This document shows, in pieces, positions 8,759 through 17,367 of a stretch of 32,000 nucleotides of DNA; position 1 is the first letter of the stretch, and every line of letters starts with the position of its first letter. The stretch lies in the NCBI RefSeq assembly GCF_054391665.1, contig NZ_CM136172.1; one strand, written 5' to 3'. Both the position numbers and the translations under genes were made by a program. The notes under the pieces were generated by a model, which was given only the letters and a program-made list of their open reading frames with translations, did no database searches and was not told the origin of the DNA.

Positions 8759-10456
8759 TTACGCAGAAGTACGCATCACACCAATAGTATTAAATTCGTT
8801 TTTCACACTGAGCAAACGGGGGTCATGAAGCAAAACATTTGACCATAAATCATTCTCTTTAATTAATTGTTGCCAGCGCTTTTCATATTCTTTTTTACCA
8901 TACACAGTGTAAATTAACGGCAAAATAACACCATTGATTTTGTTGGTGCTAATATTTGCCAGTAACTTCATAATGTCATTTTTTATAGATGCGCCATAGA
9001 TCAGAAACTTCGTATAAAGCGAGTTAACACAGGTGTAATCAAGACCATGTTCAGGCTCAAGTTTAAGCAATAAACTTTTGGCTTTATCATTATGTCCTTT
9101 CAGTGCCATGAACATAGCCAGAATAGAGGTAATAATTGGATTGTTACAGGTGTTTTGACTGTTAAGATTTAATGCAAAAGATATCGCGTTATCGAGGGGG
9201 GATGTGTAATAAAGTATAATTAATTTAAGAATGCTTATACCCATTTTATTGGGTTCAAGAGCAATGCTTTTTTCTATTAGATTAAATGCTCTTGCAAGGT
9301 CACCGTTCAAAAAACATAGCAGAGACTGATAATAATAAACGTCTGGCGAATTAGGTTTGAGTAAATGTGCTTGCTTAAATAGCACATTAGACACTGAATG
9401 TTCATCTTTTAGCCCACTGATTAAACCCAGTAAACCCAATGCCTGAGAATTTGAAGGGTTAATTTCAAGAGCCTTTTCAATGGAGGTTACTGCCGTAGTT
9501 ATTGCTTGTTTTTGTTCACTGAGTCCAAGGAGGGCTAATGATATATGGCATTCCGCCAGGCAACAGTAGGGCAAGGTATTTTGCGGTTGCGTACTTACAC
9601 AATCTCTAAATATTACTAATGCTCGTTTCAAACTCTCTGGTGTATAACGGTACATTTCCATTCTGCCATTCATATACATAACAGCAGAATCCAGAGATGG
9701 CATTTGTTGTGTATTAATAGATTTAAAATTAATGTTGGGTATTTTTTCAATAAGAATATTAATTACTTGTGATAATAATACGGAAAGAGGATTATCGGGA
9801 TTGAAATCAATGCTTTGATGATCAATCAATTTATGTGTTCTGGCATGAATTAACTCAATAAATAAACGCCAGTTTTTACCATAGTGAACGACCTGACCCA
9901 TAATATAATATTCTGGACCTGTTTTATTGATAAACTGATGGATAGTGGAGAAATCACTGGCCTCATTTGTTACCGAAGCGGGTAAAATATCTAAACCACA
10001 AAAAGCATATTTTGAAAGGCCCTGGACAAGTTCGTAATGGAGTTTTAGAACATTGATCGAACCTTCGGTACGAAAGGGAAAAACGGCAAGAGTGGTGGTC
10101 GACTTTACCGGTTCATTATCGGTCACAATCACAATAGGTACAGTAAAACGGTATCCACGACCATAGACCGTTTCGATATACTTACACTGTTTATTCTCAT
10201 GCAAAAGTTTGCGCAATGCATAAATACATCGTGTTAGAGATTCATCACTGGCAACACTCGCGCTCCAGACCTTATCGATAATCTCTTCTTTGCTAACAAT
10301 TTCACCGTCAGCATTAAGTAATAGAATGATAACGCCAAGTTCTTTCGGTGGAATATGATATTCTTTGTTTTTGAATAATAATATTCCATTGTTTTTTAAT
10401 ACAAAGTCGCCAAATATATATTGTTGTGTAGTATTTTTTCCATGTTGCAGTTGCAT
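8759..10456 (-). CDS. eilA: HilA-like transcriptional activator with an N-terminal OmpR/ToxR winged-helix domain and a C-terminal TPR-like domain
   Basis: The 565-aa product aligns by eye along its whole length with remembered Salmonella HilA (..IPPKE..V..LL.A.GEIVSK......VW......ESLTRCIYALR..L.E.K...YIET.YG.GYRF..P.. and ..NPQALGLLGL..). A GGAAGGAG Shine-Dalgarno sequence precedes the ATG. Confidence 0.9.
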   Translation of the reverse strand: MQLQHGKNTTQQYIFGDFVLKNNGILLFKNKEYHIPPKELGVIILLLNADGEIVSKEEIIDKVWSASVASDESLTRCIYALRKLLHENKQCKYIETVYGRGYRFTVPIVIVTDNEPVKSTTTLAVFPFRTEGSINVLKLHYELVQGLSKYAFCGLDILPASVTNEASDFSTIHQFINKTGPEYYIMGQVVHYGKNWRLFIELIHARTHKLIDHQSIDFNPDNPLSVLLSQVINILIEKIPNINFKSINTQQMPSLDSAVMYMNGRMEMYRYTPESLKRALVIFRDCVSTQPQNTLPYCCLAECHISLALLGLSEQKQAITTAVTSIEKALEINPSNSQALGLLGLISGLKDEHSVSNVLFKQAHLLKPNSPDVYYYQSLLCFLNGDLARAFNLIEKSIALEPNKMGISILKLIILYYTSPLDNAISFALNLNSQNTCNNPIITSILAMFMALKGHNDKAKSLLLKLEPEHGLDYTCVNSLYTKFLIYGASIKNDIMKLLANISTNKINGVILPLIYTVYGKKEYEKRWQQLIKENDLWSNVLLHDPRLLSVKNEFNTIGVMRTSA

Positions 10457-10589
10457 AGAACGCTCCTTCCGTTTTCTCTATTCATAGTATTAATTTGATC
10501 AATATAAAATAAAGTATTGGCAGAATTGCTCTATCAAAAAACGCTCATTTTGTAAGATTGTGATGAGGAAATGAATGAAAGGTGATGCT

Positions 10590-10627
10590 TAATAATATAA
10601 AGCGCTGGTCCCATTTTTCGGGACCAG
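10590..10627 (-). terminator. Putative rho-independent terminator after eipD, separating the eip operon from eilA
   Basis: An 8-bp stem (CTGGTCCC / GGGACCAG) with a 7-nt loop lies at 10605-10627. On the minus strand it is followed by CGCTTTATATTATT. Confidence 0.6.
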
Positions 10628-10658
10628 ATAGTGGATGATAATTGTGGGTGTTACTTAA

Positions 10659-12008
10659 TCAGAAACGTAAATAATCCTTCGCTGAATCAAACAATGCAGT
10701 AATGGTTGACGATAATAATTTGATAATCGTATCGTAGGTGGAGTTGGCTGTACTGTATTTAGTCGTGATAACCTGCACGTCGGTTTTCATGTTTTCTGCC
10801 TGGCCGTTATAACCCGCCAGCCATGCCTGGTATTCAGCCGTGCTTATTTCGTAGCCGGTGAATTCTTTAGATATATTTTTTTCCTTCCCTTTATCGTCCC
10901 TGTGTACCATTGAGTCTGAAGACTGACTCATACTGTCAATAATCTGAGGGTTGGGAATAATAACATACAGACCGCTACCTTGCGGTTCAACTTCGACAAT
11001 CGGAGAAGGTGTGCGGTGTTTGGGATCGGGTGGAATTACCGGAAGACCTAAAGCGGCGCACCATTTTTCTGCTTCTTCCAGTGGAACACCAATTTTGTCA
11101 GCTGGTGCCGGAGGGTATAAAACATAGTCTGGATTGTAATGATAGTGGAAATCACCATTAGGATATTTATCGATATAATAAAAATGCATCAAGGCCTTTT
11201 GAAATGCATTGACATCAAAAACTATCGCATCGCCTTTTTTATTAGAGTGAGTCCACTTTCCCATATTGCTTTGGATATGTTCACTGAAGTCCTGCCAGTA
11301 TGCGCTCATTATCTCAACGCTATTTGCATAGATTTCGAGGTAGTCGCTACCGAGCACACTCATCAAATCAGCAATATCACTGCATATATATTTATCACTT
11401 TTAAATTCGCTTGAACTACTGGCAGTTAAAGTACTGCTGGTTTCTGAACTTCTCACTTCAGGTGCAGAACTCTCTAAAGAAGCGATAGCGTGAGTTAAGG
11501 TTCCTTTGGTCGTTGCCATTGCAATTGACCCGGTTGTGTTGTCAGCAACGTTAGCCAGGGTTTTTCTCACAGAGTTATGCAGGGTCAATATTTTAGCGGG
11601 ATCCTTTAACTTTCCGTCAATAGTATTAACATTTTCTGTAAGCTGCAGAACGTTTTTTATCAGCAAATAACTTTCGTGTAAGAGCGCGGATCCTTTCTCT
11701 GACAGGTTCTCAGTTGGAAAATTTCTGAGCATGTTTTTAACGAAGTTAAGTTGTATGTCGTGCTGGCATTTCCAGTCTTCATTTCGCGGGCTACATTCAC
11801 TGACTAAAGTTGATAGTTTCTCAACATCTTTCTTGAGCATAGCGCCAATATTATTATCCTTACTGGCGCTGTTATGAAAATTACCCTCGCTTTCGCTGTT
11901 TCCCAGTTGATGAGGCTCCTCACTTTGCGAGGATGCCTCTTTGAGAGGAATGTTTGCATTCTGCTGACGTAGAATATCTATATTTAAATTATTATCTTTA
12001 TTAATCAT
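10659..12008 (-). CDS. eipD: T3SS needle-tip/translocon protein of the SipD/IpaD family
   Basis: The C-terminal half aligns with remembered SipD (..YQAW..G...Q.ENMKT..Q..T.KYS.ANS.YD...K.LSSTI......AK..L..). It occupies the position after the sipC-like gene. An AAGGAGG Shine-Dalgarno sequence is present. The product is 449 aa. Confidence 0.85.
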   Translation of the reverse strand: MINKDNNLNIDILRQQNANIPLKEASSQSEEPHQLGNSESEGNFHNSASKDNNIGAMLKKDVEKLSTLVSECSPRNEDWKCQHDIQLNFVKNMLRNFPTENLSEKGSALLHESYLLIKNVLQLTENVNTIDGKLKDPAKILTLHNSVRKTLANVADNTTGSIAMATTKGTLTHAIASLESSAPEVRSSETSSTLTASSSSEFKSDKYICSDIADLMSVLGSDYLEIYANSVEIMSAYWQDFSEHIQSNMGKWTHSNKKGDAIVFDVNAFQKALMHFYYIDKYPNGDFHYHYNPDYVLYPPAPADKIGVPLEEAEKWCAALGLPVIPPDPKHRTPSPIVEVEPQGSGLYVIIPNPQIIDSMSQSSDSMVHRDDKGKEKNISKEFTGYEISTAEYQAWLAGYNGQAENMKTDVQVITTKYSTANSTYDTIIKLLSSTITALFDSAKDYLRF

Positions 12009-12051
12009 GAGTCATTCCTCCTTAAATATAATTAACTATTATTGCAATTAT

Positions 12052-13203
12052 TTATGAGCGAATGTCTTGAACGATAGCGCTATCAGTATCAATAATGGTT
12101 TGTATTATTTGCTGTAATAAATTAAGTGCCTGATCTCTTCCTTGAACATCACGACTAATTTGATCCAGATAGCTACTCATAACTGAATGCATAACATTTT
12201 TAGCCTGTTCAACAATGTCTTTTTCTGCATGAGTAGTGCTTTCTAGATATCTAGATGTTGCTCGAATTGATTCATTGCTAAGCTGTGAAAGTACATCTGC
12301 TTTACCTATAGTAAAATATTTATTATACCTATTGTTATGTTTTGTGCTAATTTTCTCGTTTGTATCTCTAATCTTTTCTAGAGTAGCTTCTTTTTCTTTA
12401 TCATATGATTTCAGCGCCTCTTCTTTTTCTTTTTCATTAAGATTCGTATCTTTCGTTGTATTTTTTATTTTTTCATCTATTTGTTTGAGAGAAGCTTGTT
12501 GCTCTATAACTTCCCTTTTTGACGCGCGCTGTGCATTATCATCAGTTCTTTCGATAGTATGCTCTTGGTCAGGTGTAAGGGTTACCATCTTTTTGGGATG
12601 GCTTCTGTAATTTGCTACGGCAGATGCCGAGGCCCCGACTGCGCCAACTCCTGACCCGATAATAACACCTATCGAACTTGCTGCTGTGGCGCGTTCGGTT
12701 TCTTTTCTCTGATACTGGACAAGTTGTTCAAAAACATTGCTCATAATAGCCTCAGACATAGCTGAGGCTTTATACATTGATGTGAATACCCTTAAAAATT
12801 CCTCCATAACAGCTTGTTGTCGCATGGTCAAATTATCTAGCATATCAAGGATATTAAATTTAGATATTTTAATAGTGGTCTGCTCTGTAGAACTGCTTGA
12901 TTGACTGGATGTAATTGTAGGTTTGTTAAGGTCACCCCTCAAATTATCTAGCGTATTCCTTGAATAATTAAGATTATCCAATAGTTTTACTCTTAGTTCC
13001 GGACAGACTTCTCTGTCTGTATTTTTTAATATTATAAACTGAGAGCTTATGTCATGCTTAATATCTTTAAGGTTATAGTATTGCACAATTTTATTATCAT
13101 TTGGTATGTTGTTTTCTTTACTATAATCTCTATCAAAGATTGTTTTATCGAGATTGTTAATATTATGTGTGCTGGTCGCATTTTTAATTTCATAGGTGGC
13201 CAT
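12052..13203 (-). CDS. eipC: T3SS minor hydrophobic translocator of the SipC/IpaC family
   Basis: Synteny between the sipB-like and sipD-like genes supports the call. It has a single central Gly/Ala-rich hydrophobic segment (SSIGVIIGSGVGAVGASASAVANY) and coiled-coil-like flanks. It starts 12 nt after the eipB stop. The residue-level match to SipC is weaker than for its neighbours. Confidence 0.75.
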   Translation of the reverse strand: MATYEIKNATSTHNINNLDKTIFDRDYSKENNIPNDNKIVQYYNLKDIKHDISSQFIILKNTDREVCPELRVKLLDNLNYSRNTLDNLRGDLNKPTITSSQSSSSTEQTTIKISKFNILDMLDNLTMRQQAVMEEFLRVFTSMYKASAMSEAIMSNVFEQLVQYQRKETERATAASSIGVIIGSGVGAVGASASAVANYRSHPKKMVTLTPDQEHTIERTDDNAQRASKREVIEQQASLKQIDEKIKNTTKDTNLNEKEKEEALKSYDKEKEATLEKIRDTNEKISTKHNNRYNKYFTIGKADVLSQLSNESIRATSRYLESTTHAEKDIVEQAKNVMHSVMSSYLDQISRDVQGRDQALNLLQQIIQTIIDTDSAIVQDIRS

Positions 13204-13215
13204 GTTAGAACCCTC

Positions 13216-14997
13216 TTATACGATAGAATGGGAAGCAAATTTTAAGGTTTCAGTTCGGTGTTGTAATACTCTTACCATCTGACTTACCTCTTGTTCGACG
13301 GTTTTATCCACCCTTTGCAATACTGAAAGCATTTGTTCACGCGTTTTTGATAGATTACTCATGTCCTGTTGTAAAATTGCCATGTCGGCAGAGTTTTCAG
13401 CAACACAATAATTCATTATCGATGTTGCTGTTTCACAGATAGCTAAGCCTATTTTCTCCAGAGTATTACTTATCTTGGCAATCAACTTCAAAACTACGAC
13501 TGATGTTTGTATCATGCTGCATACTCTGTTTAATACCTTTATAATATTTTTTGAAACGGATTTAATAATAGATTCAATGGTTGATTTTATAGTGCTTGTT
13601 ATTTCTTTGGTGACTTCTTCTGCGGCTGTTTTTGATAATGCAGAAACAACGGCCCCTATTGCTACAGAACATATTACAGCTGCACCAATCATTACTGTCG
13701 CCATGACAATAGAAGCGGCTGCACTTGCGTAAATACTTTTAACCAGTTCAATCGTATCTTGATCGACACCAATAACGTCCAGAAGCGCGGTGATTGCGAG
13801 CAGAGTGGGATCAACTGTTTTAATAGCAGCCGAAAGACCTTCTACAACTTTCCCTAAAATCCAGCCGGTAGCCGTGGTGCCCAGAGCGATTTGACAAGTG
13901 ATATCTACACCTAATACTACTGCGCCCGCTATTCCTCCAATAAGTGCCAATGCACCCGCAATACTTGAACCACCACTTGGAACTGCAGCAAGAAGACCAA
14001 CAACAATTAAGATTGCGCTCATGGCAATGGTAGCTACAGTTACACACTCATTAACGATTTTTACAACTTTTGTCCATTTAGTATATTTACGCGCTGTTTC
14101 ATTGAGTTTATTTTCCCTGACATGGTTAATCTCTTTCATTACCTCAGACTGATTTTTAATAGATTCGCAATTGGTATCACCAATAACTTCCATTACTGAG
14201 GTAATCAAAAGGATAAATGTGGCTGTCGCGTTTCTGTTTTTCTGGTTTTCCTGGGTCAGGCAAATATTGGTGGTAAAGTTATTAATCTGTTCTTGCTGTT
14301 GAATTTCGTCAAAAATTTCCATACTTTGGCCGATCGCAGCATCAGCATCCATAATGGCTGTATTTAACGATTTCTCAGCTAACGATTTTTTTTGTAATGA
14401 TAGCGTGAGTGTTTTCTCAGCCGCATTTTTTTGCGTCAGCACTTTATTATATTGCGGATCGCCAGGTTGCAGTTGCGACAGCTCTTGATTCAATGCATTG
14501 ACTTTTTTCTCCAGCGATTGCACCTTTTTATCGACCGCATTGTAATTATTATTGGCCTGATGCATGATGTCGTCGGCTTTTTGCGCGGAATCTAATGACG
14601 AGGAGTAAGCGTCACTTAATTCACGAAACTTATTATGTGCCATTTCGTGTCGAAGCAGGGTGCTGTCAAGGTTATTATGCAATCGTGTTGTAATATCCTG
14701 ATCGGCAATGCCTGTTAGATTACCCAAAATCATCGTCAGGCGGGCATCGTTCGTCTTTGCTGTAGTGGCGTTGTCTGAATCTAAAACCTGCATTTCAGGC
14801 GGAGCAAGCATCGGTTTGTTTTCAAGACGAGCGCGAATATCATTATCAAGGGATTTCGGGTTTTTATTAAGCCGCATGGGATCAACTTGCGTTTTGCTGC
14901 TGTCCTGCAGTCTTTTTTCCGCATCGCTATACTGTGTGCGCAATGTTTCGCTGATTTGTTCAAACGTGATCGTTTGTCCCGTAATCGGTGCCGACAT
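13216..14997 (-). CDS. eipB: T3SS major hydrophobic translocator of the SipB/IpaB family
   Basis: The product is 593 aa, the length I recall for SipB. It has N-terminal coiled-coil regions and two long hydrophobic segments (..VTVATIAMSAILIVVGLLAAVPSGGSSIAGALALIGGIAGAVVLGV..). A perfect AAGGAGGTGA Shine-Dalgarno sequence is present. It sits downstream of the chaperone gene. Confidence 0.9.
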   Translation of the reverse strand: MSAPITGQTITFEQISETLRTQYSDAEKRLQDSSKTQVDPMRLNKNPKSLDNDIRARLENKPMLAPPEMQVLDSDNATTAKTNDARLTMILGNLTGIADQDITTRLHNNLDSTLLRHEMAHNKFRELSDAYSSSLDSAQKADDIMHQANNNYNAVDKKVQSLEKKVNALNQELSQLQPGDPQYNKVLTQKNAAEKTLTLSLQKKSLAEKSLNTAIMDADAAIGQSMEIFDEIQQQEQINNFTTNICLTQENQKNRNATATFILLITSVMEVIGDTNCESIKNQSEVMKEINHVRENKLNETARKYTKWTKVVKIVNECVTVATIAMSAILIVVGLLAAVPSGGSSIAGALALIGGIAGAVVLGVDITCQIALGTTATGWILGKVVEGLSAAIKTVDPTLLAITALLDVIGVDQDTIELVKSIYASAAASIVMATVMIGAAVICSVAIGAVVSALSKTAAEEVTKEITSTIKSTIESIIKSVSKNIIKVLNRVCSMIQTSVVVLKLIAKISNTLEKIGLAICETATSIMNYCVAENSADMAILQQDMSNLSKTREQMLSVLQRVDKTVEQEVSQMVRVLQHRTETLKFASHSIV

Positions 14998-15243
14998 AAT
15001 TCACCTCCTTTTTAAGCTATCATCGGGTGTAATTAATTCTTTTTTATTTAACTCATGGCAGATGTTTATTCCCATCTAAAATGGCATCAACGGGAAAGTA
15101 AGCAATGTGTTTATTGTTATTCTTCTCATTTATTTTATCGCTATGGTTATTTTTAAATCAACCGGGGCTTTCTCATGATATTTCCTGGTTAACTCTTCAG
15201 GCGTAAAAGAAGAGTTTTTTCCGTTTATGTTCATTTTGCCGAC

Positions 15244-15741
15244 TCACTCTGTTTGAACTTCCTCTTCGGTATTGGCTGTCAAGAGTTCAAGATAAGCAGT
15301 AGCCATCTCTTTAATTTTTTCATTTTGGCTGTAGGTTACGACTGTATTAAATAACTCCGTGGCCATTTTAGTGTTTTTTAAGCCCATCTGGCACTGGCCC
15401 ATGTAATAAACCAAAGAGAAATCGTTATCGGGAGATAGCATTAAACAGATATGATACATGTCGAATGCCTTTTGATAATCTTTCTTCAACTGACAGACGG
15501 CGGCATATCCTTTTAAATAGTTATAATTTTGGAAATCATAAATACAGAGAAATTTAAAAAAGAGTTCAGCTTCGTCAAGTCTTCCTTTTTCATAAAAGTT
15601 ATAAGCGTAAGCATAAACGCCTTCAAGTGTATCCGGAGTAATGCCATGCAGCTCTGCAAGTGTTGCTCCCATACCTAGTGCACGTTCGAACTTACTGGCA
15701 ATTTCTTTATTTTCTTCTAAATCCAGATTTGCGCTTTCCAT
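15244..15741 (-). CDS. eicA: Class II T3SS translocator chaperone (TPR) of the SicA/IpgC/LcrH family
   Basis: The 165-aa product shows strong by-eye identity to SicA (..GATL...HGI..D...G.YA.AY.FY..GRLDEAE.FF.FLCIYDF.N..Y..G.AAVCQLKK...KA.D.Y..). An AAGGAGAG Shine-Dalgarno sequence is present. Confidence 0.92.
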   Translation of the reverse strand: MESANLDLEENKEIASKFERALGMGATLAELHGITPDTLEGVYAYAYNFYEKGRLDEAELFFKFLCIYDFQNYNYLKGYAAVCQLKKDYQKAFDMYHICLMLSPDNDFSLVYYMGQCQMGLKNTKMATELFNTVVTYSQNEKIKEMATAYLELLTANTEEEVQTE

Positions 15742-16042
15742 CTCTACTCTCTCCTTTCGAACATTCTTTGTGCAGACTTCACCATTTTTTAGAGGGTGGT
15801 GATATCAAAATTCGCTCATTTTTATGCCCATCCGTTGGGCTTCCTTTTCTTCATTAAAAACAAGTATTGTTTCAATGAGATAAGATTTTCTATGTGATGA
15901 AATGAAAACAATGTAGAGGGAAATTCCTCCACAATCCTGATGAACGGGTGCAATTTTGATTGGAATTTGAAAAAGCAGGTGATTTACTGATGTGCGAGCG
16001 TACGTCAGCGGCTGCTGGCCTGAGCGCGGAGGTGTGCGAAAT

Positions 16043-16336
16043 TCACATATCCGGGCATTCCACCTTACCCAGCGCTTCCCAGTAGTTATTCTGATTATTA
16101 CGCTCCATCGCCACAATAGCTTCGCGGATATGTTGTTTGTTATTCTCATCAGACAACATTAATTTTTCCCACGCTTCGTCTGATAATGACGCCTGTGGCG
16201 TGCAAATTTTACGTAAATCTTGCAATACCGTGGTCTTTTCTTTTGCCGACTGTAGAGAACTGAATGGCGATTCGGCCTGAGAAATGGCTGAAAAAGTCAG
16301 GAATACGGTAATCATGAGTAGCATCGTTGGCTTCAT
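16043..16336 (-). CDS. yicS: Small secreted/periplasmic protein YicS
   Basis: MKPTMLLMITVFLTFSAISQAESPF.. (97 aa) matches remembered K-12 YicS. I chose the internal ATG at 16336 over the 120-aa ORF start because a signal peptide begins there and a GAAGG Shine-Dalgarno sequence precedes it. Confidence 0.9.
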   Translation of the reverse strand: MKPTMLLMITVFLTFSAISQAESPFSSLQSAKEKTTVLQDLRKICTPQASLSDEAWEKLMLSDENNKQHIREAIVAMERNNQNNYWEALGKVECPDM

Positions 16337-16545
16337 AGCTGCAACCTTCTGCAAATGTGCATCGAATGAAGCATAAGTGTAGTTTGCTTTTGCCGCTCTC
16401 ATCATGCTGTACGAAAGGTGTTTGCGTGGTCAGTAAGAAGTGCCAGTTTTATATACCTTTTTCTTCTATTCGATAGCTTTTCGTTTTTTAAATCGTAGTG
16501 ATCTTGCCATTATAGTCAGTTAACGATTAAAAAAAGGATAAAAAA

Positions 16546-17364
16546 GTGAAACTGACAACACATCATCTACGGGTGGGGGCCTCATTATTGCTGGCAGGAA
16601 TTCTGCTGGCAGGTTGCGACCAGAGCAACAGCGATGAAAAGCACATTAAAGTGGGCGTTATTAATGGCGCAGAACAAGATGTCGCGGAAGTCGCTAAAAA
16701 GGTGGCAAAAGAGAAGTATGGCCTCGATGTTGAACTGGTAGGATTTAGCGGTTCGTTGCTACCGAACGATGCGACAAATCATGGCGAGCTTGATGCGAAC
16801 GTCTTCCAGCATCGCCCCTTTCTTGAACAAGATAATCAGGCGCATGGTTATAAACTGGTAGCGGTGGGAAATACGTTTGTCTTCCCCATGGCGGGTTATT
16901 CCAAAAAAATCAAAACCGTGGCGCAAATAAAAGAAGGCGCGACAGTGGCGATCCCCAACGACCCGACCAACCTTGGTCGCGCGCTTTTACTGTTGCAAAA
17001 AGAGAAGCTAATTACTCTGAAAGAGGGAAAAGGGTTACTACCTACCGCGCTGGATATAACCGAGAATCCTCGTCATTTGCAGATTATGGAACTCGAGGGG
17101 GCACAGCTCCCGCGCGTACTGGATGATCCCAAAGTTGATGTGGCGATTATCAGCACCACTTACATTCAGCAGACCGGGCTTTCTCCGGTGCACGACAGCG
17201 TATTTATTGAAGATAAGAATTCGCCGTATGTGAATATTCTGGTGGCACGGGAAGATAATAAGAATGCAGAAAACGTGAAGGAATTTCTGCAATCTTATCA
17301 ATCGCCCGAAGTCGCTAAAGCGGCAGAAACCATCTTTAACGGTGGCGCGGTGCCTGGCTGGTAA
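16546..17364 (+). CDS. nlpA: Lipoprotein-28 (NlpA), a methionine-binding lipoprotein paralogue
   Basis: The 272-aa product has a GTG start, a signal peptide and an LLAGC lipobox. The sequence matches remembered K-12 NlpA. Confidence 0.95.
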   Translation: MKLTTHHLRVGASLLLAGILLAGCDQSNSDEKHIKVGVINGAEQDVAEVAKKVAKEKYGLDVELVGFSGSLLPNDATNHGELDANVFQHRPFLEQDNQAHGYKLVAVGNTFVFPMAGYSKKIKTVAQIKEGATVAIPNDPTNLGRALLLLQKEKLITLKEGKGLLPTALDITENPRHLQIMELEGAQLPRVLDDPKVDVAIISTTYIQQTGLSPVHDSVFIEDKNSPYVNILVAREDNKNAENVKEFLQSYQSPEVAKAAETIFNGGAVPGW

Positions 17365-17367
17365 TTC

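Larger units (their letters stand above)
1..15950. other. Horizontally acquired air-eilA-eip genomic island. The left end lies outside the window and the right end abuts the 3' end of yicS.
   Basis: The genes are absent from the K-12 yicS-nepI interval as I recall it. Composition is very different from the core. Spot counts give 20/60 G+C at 9241-9300 and 41/60 at 2581-2640. No mobility genes are visible. Confidence 0.6.

Noticed and set aside
14396-14403. A8/T8 homopolymer tracts inside eipB (14396-14403) and the 290-aa gene (30194-30201) as phase-variation switches
   Set aside because: They encode Lys-Lys in AT-rich genes and are short for efficient slippage. The genes are in frame, so there is no evidence of switching from a single sequence.
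13475-15079. Plus-strand ORFs antisense to eipB and eipC (12236-12610, 13475-13732, 13898-14152, 14708-15079)
   Set aside because: They are antisense to strongly supported translocator genes and have hydrophobic or low-complexity translations that mirror the sense hydrophobic segments.
15805-16405. A 114-aa minus ORF (15805-16149) and the 120-aa extended version of yicS
   Set aside because: The 114-aa ORF overlaps the yicS 3' end out of frame and has no recognisable features. yicS is better explained by the internal start at 16336, which begins a signal peptide.
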